NCBI GenBank assembly: GCA_963764165.1
Contig: CAVXRD010000001.1
Location: 416,001 to 480,000, forward strand
DNA length: 64,000 nucleotides
Source of the DNA: an uncultured Verrucomicrobiae bacterium
Lineage (GTDB): Bacteria; Verrucomicrobiota; Verrucomicrobiia; Limisphaerales; Palsa-1400
Direction: 5' to 3'
Shown one piece after another: positions 1 to 9,724 of this stretch. The notes beneath the pieces were generated by a model. The model did not search any database. It had not been told where the DNA came from and saw only the letters and a list, made by a program, of their open reading frames with translations. How positions within the stretch are numbered: position 1 is the stretch's first letter; each line of letters starts with the position of its first letter. The position numbers were made by a program, and so were the translations under genes.

Positions 1-35
1 AGCATAATTCCAGCCAAATTCAAGCTCCCGTTTCC

Positions 36-63
36 TTGAATATTGCCCCCTTCCCCGTAGACT
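36..63 (+). promoter_or_regulatory. Putative sigma70-type promoter of the RND operon
   Basis: TTGAAT (36-41), 16-nt spacer, TAGACT (58-63), upstream of the start at 98. Confidence 0.4.
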
Positions 64-97
64 GTCGCCGCCACGGGTTGACTGTGGGCATCCGATT

Positions 98-3000
98 ATG
101 TGGATCGTTCGACTGGCCTTAAATCGGCCTTATACATTCGTCGTTGCCGCGCTGATGATTTTGCTAGTCAGCCCGATCGTTATATTGCGCACGCCGACGG
201 ACATCTTCCCGAACATCAGCATCCCGGTCGTCAGCATCGTCTGGCAATACACGGGAATGTCAGCGCAGGAAATGGCGCTGCGCATCGTTTTGCCCGCCGA
301 ACGAGGCATGACGACGACTGTCAATGATATCGAACACATCGAATCGCAGTCGCTCAACGGCATGGGCGTGATCAAGGTGTTTTTTCATCCCAACGTCAAA
401 ATCGAGGCCGCCATCGCCCAGATCACCGCCATCTCGCAATCAACCCTGAAGCAGCTGCCGCCCGGAATCACGCCCCCGCTGGTCATCAGCTATAATGCCT
501 CCAGCGTACCGATTTTGCAATTGAGCTTGAGCAGCAAGACGCTCTCGGAATCGCAAGTCAACGACTTGGGCGTCAATTTCCTGCGCACCGGGCTCGCCAC
601 AGTGCAAGGCGCGTCCATTCCTTACCCCTACGGCGGTAAAACGCGGCAGATCATGGTGGATTTGGACATGGCTGCGTTGAATGGCGTCGGCCTCTCCCCC
701 AACGACGTCGTCAATGCCGTCAACGCGCAAAACCTGATCCTTCCCGGGGGCACTGAAAAAATGGGAAGCATCGAGTATGTCGTCGAATTAAACGGAAGCC
801 CCACGACGATCAGGGACCTTAACGACCTCCCGCTGAAACAGGTCAACGGGCACATGATTTACATCCGCGATGTGGCGCACGTTCGGGACGGTTTTGCGGT
901 GCAGCAAAATATTGTCCGCAGCGACGGCATCCGCGCTTGTTTGGTGACCATCATCAAGTCCGGCGCCGCTTCCACCCTGGACATTGTCAGCCGCGTGAAA
1001 TCGGCGTTGCCGGAAATCGCCAAAACGCTTCCGCGCGAACTTGAGATTCGCACTCTCCTGGACCAATCACTGTTTGTGCGCGCGGCCATTCAATCGGTTG
1101 TCAAGGAAGCGGTCATCGCCGCCTGCCTGACGGCCTTGATGATTTTGATCTTCCTTGGCAATTGGCGCACAACCTTCGTCATCGTCATCTCCATTCCGCT
1201 GGCGATTCTTTGCTCGATCCTGACGATGAGCGCGCTGGGGGAAACGATGAACATCATGACTCTCGGCGGACTCGCGCTGGCGGTCGGAATTCTCGTCGAC
1301 GACGCGACGGTTGAAATTGAAAACATCGAACGCAACCTGAGGGAAGGGAAGGAACTTCGGCAAGCCATTCTCGACGGCGCGGCCCAGATTGCCGTGCCCG
1401 CGTTCGTCTCGACCTTGTGCATCTGCATCGTGTTCGTGCCGATGTTCTTCCTGACGGGGACAGCCAAGTATTTGTTCGTCCCGCTGGCGGAAGCGGTGGT
1501 ATTCGCGATGCTCGCTTCCTACATTCTTTCGCGAACATTGGTGCCGACGCTGGTCATTTATTTTCTTCGCAATCACGTCCACGAAACGGGCGATGAGGCC
1601 ACCGGCTGGCTTGGGCGGTTTCACGCGAAGTTTGAGCGAGGCTTTGAGCGCATTCGCGGGAATTATCGAAACTGGCTGAACGGCTGCCTCCACCATCGGG
1701 GGTTATTTGCGGCATGCTTCCTCGGTTTTTGCGTCGCGTCCTGTTTCATGGCCCCGTGGCTGGGAGAGGATTTCTTTCCCAAAGTGGACGCCGGACAGAT
1801 GCGCCTCCACGTCCGCACGAAAACCGGAATGCGCGTCGAGGAAACAGCGGTGACGTGCGACCATATCGAGGAATACATTCGGAAAACGATTCCAAAGGAG
1901 GAATTGGAAAGCATAGTGGACAACGTCGGCCTGGCGGTAAGCGGCATCAATAACTCCTATAACAACGGCGGAACGGTCGGCTCCTTTGACGCCGAAATCC
2001 TCATTTCCCTCAACCGCGAGAAACATCACGCCACCGAGGATTACATTCGGCGCCTGCGCCACGATTTGAACATCAAATTCCCGGGCACTTCGTTCTTTTT
2101 CCAGCCGGCGGACATTGTCAGCCAGGTGCTTAACTTCGGCCTCCCCTCGCCCATCGACATTCAGATTATGGGCCAGAAGCAAGAGACCAATTATCATATT
2201 GCCACCGAGATGGCGGACGAACTCCGGAAAATCCCCGGCGCGGTCGACGTCCATGTGCAGCAGGTGTTTGACTTGCCGTCTTTGAACGTGCATGCGGATC
2301 GAACTAAGGTGGAGGAGGTCGGCTTCACCGAGCGCGATGTCGCCAACAGTCTTTTGGTGGCGTTGAGCGGGAGTTTTCAAACAGCGCCGTCGTTCTTTTT
2401 GAATCCCGTCAACGGTGTCACCTACAATATCGCCGCGCAAACACCGCAATACAACCTGGACACCTTGCAGGCGCTGGTAAATGTCCCCATCACTGGCACG
2501 GGCGGCGCGATCCCGCAATTGCTCGGCAACCTCGCCACCATCACCCGCTCCACGGAACAAGCCGTCGTCAGCCATTACAATATCCAACCCGTGATCGATA
2601 TCTATGGAGACGTGCAGGGCCGCGATTTGGGGGCGGTGGCGGCGGATATGCAAAAAATCGTGGACAAGGCGCAAAAAAATCTTCCACGCGGCAGCTCCAT
2701 CGTTGTGCGCGGACAGGTGAAGACCATGAAATCGTCGTTTTTGGGATTGGGACTTGGGCTGCTGTTCGCCATTGTCCTGGTTTACTTGCTGATCGTCATC
2801 AATTTCCAATCCTGGACAGATCCTTTCATCATCATTACTGCTCTCCCGGGGGCCTTGTGCGGCATTGTCTGGATGCTCTTCTTGACGCACACGACTCTTA
2901 ACGTACCTTCGTTGATGGGCGCGGTAATGAGCATCGGTGTGGCAACGGCGAACAGCATTCTGGTCGTGACTTTTGCCAAGGAGCGGCTTGAGGAAACCAA

Positions 3001-3277
3001 AAGCGCCTATCAGGCGGCGCTTGAGGCCGGGCATATTCGATTGCGCCCGGTCTGCATGACGGCCCTGGCGATGATCATCGGCATGGTGCCGATGGCGATG
3101 GGATTGGGCGAAGGCGGCGAACAGAATGCGCCGTTGGGCCGGGCGGTCATTGGCGGTCTGTTATTCGCAACAGTGGCAACCCTCTTTTTTGTGCCGGTGG
3201 TTTTTTGCATGATTCGAGGCCGGCAGGATGGCGAAACCGAAGAACAACATCACGGCGACGCCCCAAAAGCAGCTTAA
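98..3277 (+). CDS. RND efflux transporter permease subunit (AcrB/AcrD/AcrF family)
   Basis: 1059 aa; N-terminal ALNRP and DIFP; GLALAVGILVDDATVEIENI proton-relay motif; RLRPVCMTALAMIIGMVP; two large periplasmic loops. Confidence 0.96.
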   Translation: MWIVRLALNRPYTFVVAALMILLVSPIVILRTPTDIFPNISIPVVSIVWQYTGMSAQEMALRIVLPAERGMTTTVNDIEHIESQSLNGMGVIKVFFHPNVKIEAAIAQITAISQSTLKQLPPGITPPLVISYNASSVPILQLSLSSKTLSESQVNDLGVNFLRTGLATVQGASIPYPYGGKTRQIMVDLDMAALNGVGLSPNDVVNAVNAQNLILPGGTEKMGSIEYVVELNGSPTTIRDLNDLPLKQVNGHMIYIRDVAHVRDGFAVQQNIVRSDGIRACLVTIIKSGAASTLDIVSRVKSALPEIAKTLPRELEIRTLLDQSLFVRAAIQSVVKEAVIAACLTALMILIFLGNWRTTFVIVISIPLAILCSILTMSALGETMNIMTLGGLALAVGILVDDATVEIENIERNLREGKELRQAILDGAAQIAVPAFVSTLCICIVFVPMFFLTGTAKYLFVPLAEAVVFAMLASYILSRTLVPTLVIYFLRNHVHETGDEATGWLGRFHAKFERGFERIRGNYRNWLNGCLHHRGLFAACFLGFCVASCFMAPWLGEDFFPKVDAGQMRLHVRTKTGMRVEETAVTCDHIEEYIRKTIPKEELESIVDNVGLAVSGINNSYNNGGTVGSFDAEILISLNREKHHATEDYIRRLRHDLNIKFPGTSFFFQPADIVSQVLNFGLPSPIDIQIMGQKQETNYHIATEMADELRKIPGAVDVHVQQVFDLPSLNVHADRTKVEEVGFTERDVANSLLVALSGSFQTAPSFFLNPVNGVTYNIAAQTPQYNLDTLQALVNVPITGTGGAIPQLLGNLATITRSTEQAVVSHYNIQPVIDIYGDVQGRDLGAVAADMQKIVDKAQKNLPRGSSIVVRGQVKTMKSSFLGLGLGLLFAIVLVYLLIVINFQSWTDPFIIITALPGALCGIVWMLFLTHTTLNVPSLMGAVMSIGVATANSILVVTFAKERLEETKSAYQAALEAGHIRLRPVCMTALAMIIGMVPMAMGLGEGGEQNAPLGRAVIGGLLFATVATLFFVPVVFCMIRGRQDGETEEQHHGDAPKAA

Positions 3278-3280
3278 GGT

Positions 3281-4552
3281 ATGAAACAATCAGAGACTGT
3301 AACTGAACCAAGGCCGGCAGCGGCCCCCGCCCAGGCTGGCGGAGATGCGCATGGCGCGGGCCATCCGCACAGCAGCAGCCCTTCTGTCCCGCCACCAGGA
3401 CCGGCGGGCAAGCTGCCGTTCGTTATCCTAGCCATCATTTTCATCGCGCTTGGCGTCATGGCTGCGGTCCGTCTCGTCGACAAGCGCGCAGTCGGCAAGG
3501 AACTCGCCAAGGACACCGCGGAAAACGCCATTCCTACGGTCTCCATCATTCATCCAAAACGGACGCCGGTGGATGTGCAGATCGAATTGCCAGGCAACAT
3601 CACGGCTTTTGAGGAGTCGCCCCTCTACGCCCGCGTCAGCGGTTACTTGAAGTATTGGCTGACGGACATCGGCACGCGCGTTACCAACGGGCAGCCATTG
3701 GCGGCGATTGACACGCCGGAACTTGATCAGCAGCTCAGTCAGGCAAACGCCTCCCTGGCCCAGGCAAAAGCGAATCTCGCCATCGCCAAGGTTTCCGCCG
3801 ATCGATGGCAGAAACTGCGGGAAACTGATTCCGTTTCTCAACAGGACACCGACACCCGCGTGGCTACCTGGCACGCCCAGGAAGCCAGCGTGAACGCGGC
3901 GGAGGCGGACGTTAAGCGCTTGCAGGAGTTGACGAATTTCAAAATGATTACGGCGCCGTTTTCCGGAATCATCACCGAGCGCACCATGGACGCGGGCACG
4001 CTCATCACGGCGGGCGGGTCACGCGAGATTTTCCGCCTCGCCCGCATGGATCCCCTGCGCGTTTACGTCAGCGTGCCCCAAGCCTACAGCCAGTTGATCA
4101 AGACCAATGACAACGCGACGCTGACCTTTACGGAGATGCCCGGAGAGACTTTCACCGGGGTCATCGACCGCACCGCGGGAGCAATCGACCCCGCCTCCCG
4201 CACCTTGCTGACGGAAATTCTCGTGACAAATACAGACGGGAAATTGTTCCCGGGAGCGCACGTGACGGTTCACCTGCATTTGGCCCAGCAAAACGTGCCG
4301 GTGATTATTCCTGTCAATACTCTTTTGTTCCGCGATGAAGCCGGCATGCAGGTGGGCGTGGTGGAGTCCAACGACACTGTCCGCCTGGCCCGGGTGACGG
4401 TCGGCCACGATTATGGAACCAACCTGGAGATTGTGCTGGGTGTGTCGGAATCCGACAGCCTTATCGTCAACCCCTCGGACTCCCTTGTGAACGGCGCGAA
4501 GGTCCGCGTCGAGCAACCAAAACCGGAAGATTCCAAGCCCAAACATGAATGA
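3281..4552 (+). CDS. RND periplasmic adaptor (membrane fusion protein)
   Basis: Single N-terminal TM; YARVSGYL lipoyl half, coiled coil, ITAPFSGII; 3 bp after the permease. Confidence 0.94.
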   Translation: MKQSETVTEPRPAAAPAQAGGDAHGAGHPHSSSPSVPPPGPAGKLPFVILAIIFIALGVMAAVRLVDKRAVGKELAKDTAENAIPTVSIIHPKRTPVDVQIELPGNITAFEESPLYARVSGYLKYWLTDIGTRVTNGQPLAAIDTPELDQQLSQANASLAQAKANLAIAKVSADRWQKLRETDSVSQQDTDTRVATWHAQEASVNAAEADVKRLQELTNFKMITAPFSGIITERTMDAGTLITAGGSREIFRLARMDPLRVYVSVPQAYSQLIKTNDNATLTFTEMPGETFTGVIDRTAGAIDPASRTLLTEILVTNTDGKLFPGAHVTVHLHLAQQNVPVIIPVNTLLFRDEAGMQVGVVESNDTVRLARVTVGHDYGTNLEIVLGVSESDSLIVNPSDSLVNGAKVRVEQPKPEDSKPKHE

Positions 4553-6035
4553 GGTTCGCGCGAGAAGTTCGAGCTTCTTTCTAACGAGCGCGATGGCGCT
4601 GGCCTGGCTGTTCGTGCTTGGCGGCTGCGAAGTCGGGCCGGATTATCATCGGCCCAGCCCCGGCACGGTTCCTGCCCAGTGGAAAGCAGGGGCGCCGTGG
4701 AAGGAAGGCCAGCCCAGGGACACTGAAATAAAGCCTGATTTTTGGGAGGTGTTCGGCGACGCCACCTTGAGCAGCTTGGAACGCCAGGCGACCACCAACA
4801 GCCCCGATGTGCGAGCCGCCTTTCAACGCATCGAGGAAGCGCGCGCGGTGGCTCGCATCACGCGGGCTGATTTGATGCCGGCCATCACCGGCAATCCCAG
4901 CTACAATAATTCCTATTATTCCATTGGCCGCACGGGCCAGCCAGGGGCCTCTATTCTCGGATACACAGGCGACCAATTCATAATGCCGATGGACATGAGT
5001 TACGAAGTCGACCTTTGGGGGCGCGTTCGCCGGTCATTTCGCGCGGCTCGCGAACAAGCGCAGGCGTCGGCGGCGGATTATCGGACAATTCTCCTTTCGC
5101 TGCAGGCCAGCATTGCCCAGACGTATTTCCAGATTCGCTCCGTCGATCTGAATCGAAGGGTGGTATCGGAATCAATCGATTTGCGGAAAAAGAATCTGTC
5201 ACTCGTCGAGTCGCTCCACAAAGGCGGAGCTGGGAGCGAAGTGGATGTTGCCGAAGCCGAAACGGAACTTGCGTCCGCTGAAGCGCAGTTGATCGGGCTG
5301 AACTTGAATCGCGCCCAATTGGAAAATGCGCTCGGCACGCTTGTTGGCGATCCGGCCACGGTGTTTTCCATGGCGGAAACCAACCGCTTTTACCGTCCTC
5401 CTCCCATTCCGGTGGCGATGCCTTCGGATTTGCTGGAGCGCCGCCCGGACGTCGCCCGCGCCGAGCGCGCCATGGCTGCCGCAAGCGAAAACATCGGGGT
5501 GGCCAAGGCCGCGTATTTTCCGTCGCTTCAGTTGACAGGCGCGGCCGGCACAGAAAGCGTCAATTTGCAGGATCTCTTCACGTGGGAGAATCGATTCTGG
5601 TCGCTTGGCCCGAACATCACCATTCCCATTTTTGAGGGCGGCCGCATAAAATCCGGCGTCCAGCGCGCCAAGGCCGCTTATGAAGAATCCGTGGCGCAAT
5701 ATCGCTCGCAGGTGCTGATCGCGTTTCACGAGGTCGAGGACGGGCTGATCGGATTGAAGCTCTTGAAGAACCAGTTCGACGCGCAAATGCGGGCGGTTAA
5801 CGCCGCCAAGGAAGTCGCCGATCAATCCCGGCTGCGCTACAAGGAAGGCCTGGCCAGCTACATTGAAGTCGTCATCGCGGATCGCACTGTGCTTGATAAC
5901 GAAGTCACCGCCTACGAGCTGAACGGCAATGCGATGGTGACGACGGTTTCGCTGATCAAAGCCCTAGGCGGCGGCTGGAGCACGAACGCCCCGTTCATGG
6001 ACAAGAGCGTGTCGCCGATCGAGAAGGGCAAGTAG
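4545..6035 (+). CDS. Outer membrane efflux lipoprotein (NodT/OprM family)
   Basis: Lipobox LGGC followed by EVGPDYHRP; SYEVDLWGRVRR, LLERRPDV, LIKALGGGW; overlaps the adaptor stop. Confidence 0.94.
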   Translation: MNEVRARSSSFFLTSAMALAWLFVLGGCEVGPDYHRPSPGTVPAQWKAGAPWKEGQPRDTEIKPDFWEVFGDATLSSLERQATTNSPDVRAAFQRIEEARAVARITRADLMPAITGNPSYNNSYYSIGRTGQPGASILGYTGDQFIMPMDMSYEVDLWGRVRRSFRAAREQAQASAADYRTILLSLQASIAQTYFQIRSVDLNRRVVSESIDLRKKNLSLVESLHKGGAGSEVDVAEAETELASAEAQLIGLNLNRAQLENALGTLVGDPATVFSMAETNRFYRPPPIPVAMPSDLLERRPDVARAERAMAAASENIGVAKAAYFPSLQLTGAAGTESVNLQDLFTWENRFWSLGPNITIPIFEGGRIKSGVQRAKAAYEESVAQYRSQVLIAFHEVEDGLIGLKLLKNQFDAQMRAVNAAKEVADQSRLRYKEGLASYIEVVIADRTVLDNEVTAYELNGNAMVTTVSLIKALGGGWSTNAPFMDKSVSPIEKGK

Positions 6036-6056
6036 GCGTGGCGAACCGAAAAACAC

Positions 6057-6081
6057 GGTAGGGCGAGGCTCTGGACGAGCC
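6057..6081 (+). repeat. REP family 1 copy, left flank of RAYT
   Basis: GGTAGGGCGAGGCTCTGGACGAGCC: GTAG foot plus GGCTC..GAGCC hairpin; 22/25 identical to the reverse complement of 6622-6646. Confidence 0.9.
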
Positions 6082-6137
6082 ATGCCTTTCTCTGGATTTT
6101 GCGCTGGTCTCCTTTTGACGCTACGCCCTAAAGTGGT

Positions 6138-6614
6138 TTGGTGATCCAGCCGCAACCTCCTGAAAAATCAGCACGCCGCAAACCTGCGGAGGGCGTAATC
6201 AATGATTTCAACCAGCGCACGATGGTCTTAGTGACCGCCTGCATAAAAGATCGCGCACGGTGGCTTGCTTGCGAAGAAGCGCACACGATCCTCGTAGAAA
6301 CGTGGAGATCAGCCACCGCGTGGCTGGTTGGGAATTATGTCTTGATGCCAGACCATTTGCATTTTTTGGCAGCTCCACGCGATTTGTCTTTCACTTTGGA
6401 AAGGTGGAACACCTTTTGGAAGAGTCGTTTCAGCAAAGCGCATCAGCAACGCCATTGGAATTGGCAGTCAAAGGTATTCCACCATCGATTGCGCCGAGAC
6501 GAAAGCTACTCGCAGAAATGGATGTATGTGCAGGAGAACCCGGTGCGGGCAGGATTGGTGAAGGAGATGGGCCAATGGCCGTACCAAGGGGAGGTTCACG
6601 ACTTGCGCTGGTAG
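6138..6614 (+). mobile_element. REP-associated tyrosine transposase (RAYT, Y1/HUH family)
   Basis: LVTAC N-terminal strand, VLMPDHLH HUH motif, WQ..FHH.LR, YVQENPVRAGLV..WPY catalytic-Tyr motif; flanked by inverted REPs; start codon uncertain. Confidence 0.92.
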
Positions 6615-6621
6615 CGAAGAT

Positions 6622-6646
6622 GGCTCGGCAGGAGCCTCGCCCTACC
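6622..6646 (-). repeat. REP family 1 copy, right flank of RAYT
   Basis: Reverse complement reads GGTAGGGCGAGGCTCCTGCCGAGCC. Confidence 0.9.
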
Positions 6647-6673
6647 GAGCTTTAGTAAAATCGAACGTTTAGC

Positions 6674-7858
6674 CTACAATCCCAATTCGCTCTTCACTTC
6701 ACGGAAGCAGCGAATGGCGAAATCCAAGTCTTCACGCGAGTGCCCCGCGGAAATCTGCGTGCGGATGCGCGCCTTTCCTTGTGGGACGACCGGATATGAA
6801 AAGCCGATGACGTAAACGCCCTTGGCCAGCATCGCTTCCGCGACTTTTCCAGCCAGCGCGGCTTCGCCTAAAATAATCGGAACTATCGGATGCGTTCCCG
6901 GCAAAATATTGTAGCCGACTTTGCTCATCTCTGCGCGGAAGTATTTGGTGTTCTCTTCCAATTTATCGCGCAATTCGGTTGACTGCGAAAGGAGTTCGAT
7001 CGCCTTGAGCGAACCAGCCACGATCGATGGCGCCAAAGTGTTGGAAAACAAATAGGGCCGCGAACGCTGGCGCAAATACTCGATAATCTCGCGCCGTCCG
7101 CTCGTGTAACCACCACTGGCGCCGCCCAGCGCCTTGCCAAACGTGCCGGTCAAAATATCAATGCGGCCCATGACATTGTGGAACTCAGGAGTCCCTTTGC
7201 CATGCTTGCCCATGAAGCCAACGGCGTGGGAATCGTCCACCATGACCAGCGCATTATATTTGTCAGCGAGATCGCAAATGGCGGGAAGATTCGCGATGTA
7301 GCCGTCCATCGAAAACACGCCGTCGGTGGCGATCATGCGGAACCGCGCCGACTTGGCTTCCACCAAACGCGCTTCGAGGTCCGCCATGTCATTATTTTTG
7401 TAGCGATAACGCGTTGCTTTGCAAAGGCGCACACCGTCGATGATGCTGGCGTGGTTCAATTCGTCGGAAATAATCGCGTCCTCAGCGCCTAGAATTGTTT
7501 CGAACAGCCCTCCGTTGGCGTCGAAGCAGGAGCTGTAGAGAATCGTGTCGTCGGTGCCCAAAAAATCACTCAGGTTTTGCTCCAGCTCGCGATGGGGCTG
7601 CTGTGTTCCGCAAATGAAGCGCACAGACGCCAGCCCGTAACCCCACTTGTCAAAACTCTCCTTCGCCGCCGCCAAAATCGCCGGATGCGAGGCGAGCCCA
7701 AGATAGTTGTTTGCGCAAAAATTCAGCACCGGCGCGCCGCCGCTGACCCGCACGCTGGCGGATTGCGGAGTCGTGATCACGCGCTCCGATTTATAAAGCC
7801 CCTGCGCGCGAAGATCGGTGAGTTGGCGCGCCAATTGTTCTTTGACTAGTCCGTACAT
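6674..7858 (-). CDS. kbl: Glycine C-acetyltransferase (2-amino-3-ketobutyrate CoA ligase)
   Basis: [47 protein letters not shown]-lysine, [14 protein letters not shown] at 7858 preferred. Confidence 0.95.
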   Translation of the reverse strand: MYGLVKEQLARQLTDLRAQGLYKSERVITTPQSASVRVSGGAPVLNFCANNYLGLASHPAILAAAKESFDKWGYGLASVRFICGTQQPHRELEQNLSDFLGTDDTILYSSCFDANGGLFETILGAEDAIISDELNHASIIDGVRLCKATRYRYKNNDMADLEARLVEAKSARFRMIATDGVFSMDGYIANLPAICDLADKYNALVMVDDSHAVGFMGKHGKGTPEFHNVMGRIDILTGTFGKALGGASGGYTSGRREIIEYLRQRSRPYLFSNTLAPSIVAGSLKAIELLSQSTELRDKLEENTKYFRAEMSKVGYNILPGTHPIVPIILGEAALAGKVAEAMLAKGVYVIGFSYPVVPQGKARIRTQISAGHSREDLDFAIRCFREVKSELGL

Positions 7859-7918
7859 ATTTAAATTAACGTGGACGAAATCCTGCAACGATGCGCCCGA
7901 ATGTCAAAGTGTTTTCCA

Positions 7919-8017
7919 AGGGACGCCTCGCCGAGGCGTCCGGGGTGAGGCGTTGTTCACGCGCAGACCGTGGAATTAATCCCGCGCAACCGGACGCCTC
8001 GGCGAGGCGTCCCTACC
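7919..8017. repeat. REP family 2 inverted doublet
   Basis: AGGGACGCCTCGCCGAGGCGTCCG (7919-7942) and CGGACGCCTCGGCGAGGCGTCCCTACC (7991-8017), the latter with a GTAG foot on the minus strand. Confidence 0.88.
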
Positions 8018-8046
8018 TTTATTGGAATGTCCCCAGAATTTGCGAT

Positions 8047-8074
8047 TTGACCGCGCCGCGCCGCCGATTAACAT
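8047..8074 (+). promoter_or_regulatory. Putative sigma70-type promoter, possibly giving a leaderless mRNA
   Basis: TTGACC-N16-TAACAT ending 6 nt before the GTG at 8081. Confidence 0.45.
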
Positions 8075-8080
8075 CGCCCC

Positions 8081-9031
8081 GTGAGTGTATTGTTTATCGG
8101 TTTGGCCACTGCCGCGCTTCTTGGGACTTCCGCGGATGCTGCAAGCAATTCCGTTTCAGCCAGCGGCGGCGTCGCCATTTCTTCCATCAACACCAACGAT
8201 CCCGTCGAGCGGGAATTCCGCAAAGTCATGGTTGACGATGACGACGCGGAAAAAGAAATCCTCGGCTGGATGGACAGCGCCGAAAATTTTGACAAGTCCG
8301 GCGGAAAATCTTCCCCCGTGACGCTGAACTTGCGCATCCAGCAGAAGCTCGACGGTATCAAACGGGAGTATCAGGATTTTGTTGACCGCCATCCCGAGCA
8401 TGTCAACGCGCATCTGGCTTTCGGCAGTTTCCTGAATGACAACAACGACGATATCGGCGCATTGCTGCAATGGGAGAAGGCGCGTGATCTGGCCCCCACC
8501 AACCCAGCGCCGTGGAATGATCTCGGCAATTATTATGCGCAGCCTGGCCGCCAGGTGCAAAAAGCGTTCGAGGCTTATGGCAGAGCAATTGATTTGAATT
8601 CGAACCAGCCGGTTTATTACCATAATCTGGCCGCTGCGATTTACCTGTTCCGCAGTGAAGCGGCGGAATACTACCACATCGATGCGACCCAGGCTTTCGA
8701 AAAAGCGCTGACTCTCTACCAGAGCGCCATAAAGCTGGATCCGCGGAATTTCATTCTCGCCACCGATTACGCGGAAGCTTTTTACGGCATCAATCCTCCG
8801 CGGTTGCAGGAAGGCTTGGCCGCATGGGAGAACGCCTTGAAACTCGCTCCCGCCGAAACCGAACGCGAGGGCGTGTTTCTGCACTTGAGCCGCATCCATT
8901 TGCAACTCGGCCAGCTTGAGCAGGCGCGGTCAAATTTGAATCTTGTCACCAACGCCAATTACGCGGAGTTGAAGGCCAATCTGTCAAATAAACTCGCCAA
9001 AGCACAGCAGTTGGAGAAGAAGACCCAATAA
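8081..9031 (+). CDS. Secreted tetratricopeptide repeat protein
   Basis: Signal peptide; TPR-like units (ARDLAPTNPAPWNDLGNYY, AIDLNSNQPVYYHNLA, AIKLDPRN). Confidence 0.85.
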   Translation: MSVLFIGLATAALLGTSADAASNSVSASGGVAISSINTNDPVEREFRKVMVDDDDAEKEILGWMDSAENFDKSGGKSSPVTLNLRIQQKLDGIKREYQDFVDRHPEHVNAHLAFGSFLNDNNDDIGALLQWEKARDLAPTNPAPWNDLGNYYAQPGRQVQKAFEAYGRAIDLNSNQPVYYHNLAAAIYLFRSEAAEYYHIDATQAFEKALTLYQSAIKLDPRNFILATDYAEAFYGINPPRLQEGLAAWENALKLAPAETEREGVFLHLSRIHLQLGQLEQARSNLNLVTNANYAELKANLSNKLAKAQQLEKKTQ

Positions 9032-9076
9032 GACGATTGGCGAGAATCTCGCAAGATGCCGAAGTCGTTTGACGGT

Positions 9077-9715
9077 TCACCCAAGCTGTTTTTTCAGAAA
9101 ACTCAATGCACCCGCAGCCCCAGGCTCGTCCCATTTCGGTGATGACAAAAGCTTGCGGAGCGCCTCCTCCTTTTGCTCCCTGCTTTTGCGATTGTAACGG
9201 ACTGCCGACCAGTCACAATTCTCAAGACAATACCGCACGTACGACTCCGTTCCATTTGTATCCCACATCCCCATATAGACGTATCCCGCGACAATGAGAA
9301 ATGGAACCCCATCCACGACTTCAATCGGCTCAAGTGGCCATACTCTCGAAGACGGCGCCACGTTTCCGATCCTACCGCCATTCCAAAACAACATCTGACC
9401 AATTGGCGGACTCTTGAACAGCGTGCCTGGTTTCTGTGCAAAAAGCATTCGGCACAGAATCGCGATCTTCGTCCGTTCATCAAGTTCGTACGGGGCGTTC
9501 AACTCGGAATCCCGCGCCAGCACGAGGAGTTGGCGGCCGGCCTCTGGTTTGCCAAGAGACTGGAGTTTTGCGGCAGCCTCGATATAAGGGTCTATCTTAA
9601 AATCGGATGGCAGTCCGCCTAGAGAAAACTTCTCCGCTGCACGATTATAGTCCTTGGAGCACCCAGTGACTACAAGCATCGCCATCAAGAGCATCTGCAT
9701 TGCCAGCGCGCCCAT
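9077..9715 (-). CDS. Hypothetical lipoprotein; paralog of 33926-34633
   Basis: Lipobox VTGC; shares CR.LF, WP..P...V.GVP....GY and Y..YC motifs with the 33.9 kb gene. Confidence 0.75.
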   Translation of the reverse strand: MGALAMQMLLMAMLVVTGCSKDYNRAAEKFSLGGLPSDFKIDPYIEAAAKLQSLGKPEAGRQLLVLARDSELNAPYELDERTKIAILCRMLFAQKPGTLFKSPPIGQMLFWNGGRIGNVAPSSRVWPLEPIEVVDGVPFLIVAGYVYMGMWDTNGTESYVRYCLENCDWSAVRYNRKSREQKEEALRKLLSSPKWDEPGAAGALSFLKKQLG

Positions 9716-9724
9716 ACATTCATC

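Noticed and set aside
1703..3034. Long antisense ORFs over the RND permease (likewise 15407-16657, 18037-19176, 30556-31524, 47429-48475)
   Set aside because: Each overlaps a well-supported gene on the opposite strand and has no protein-like motifs
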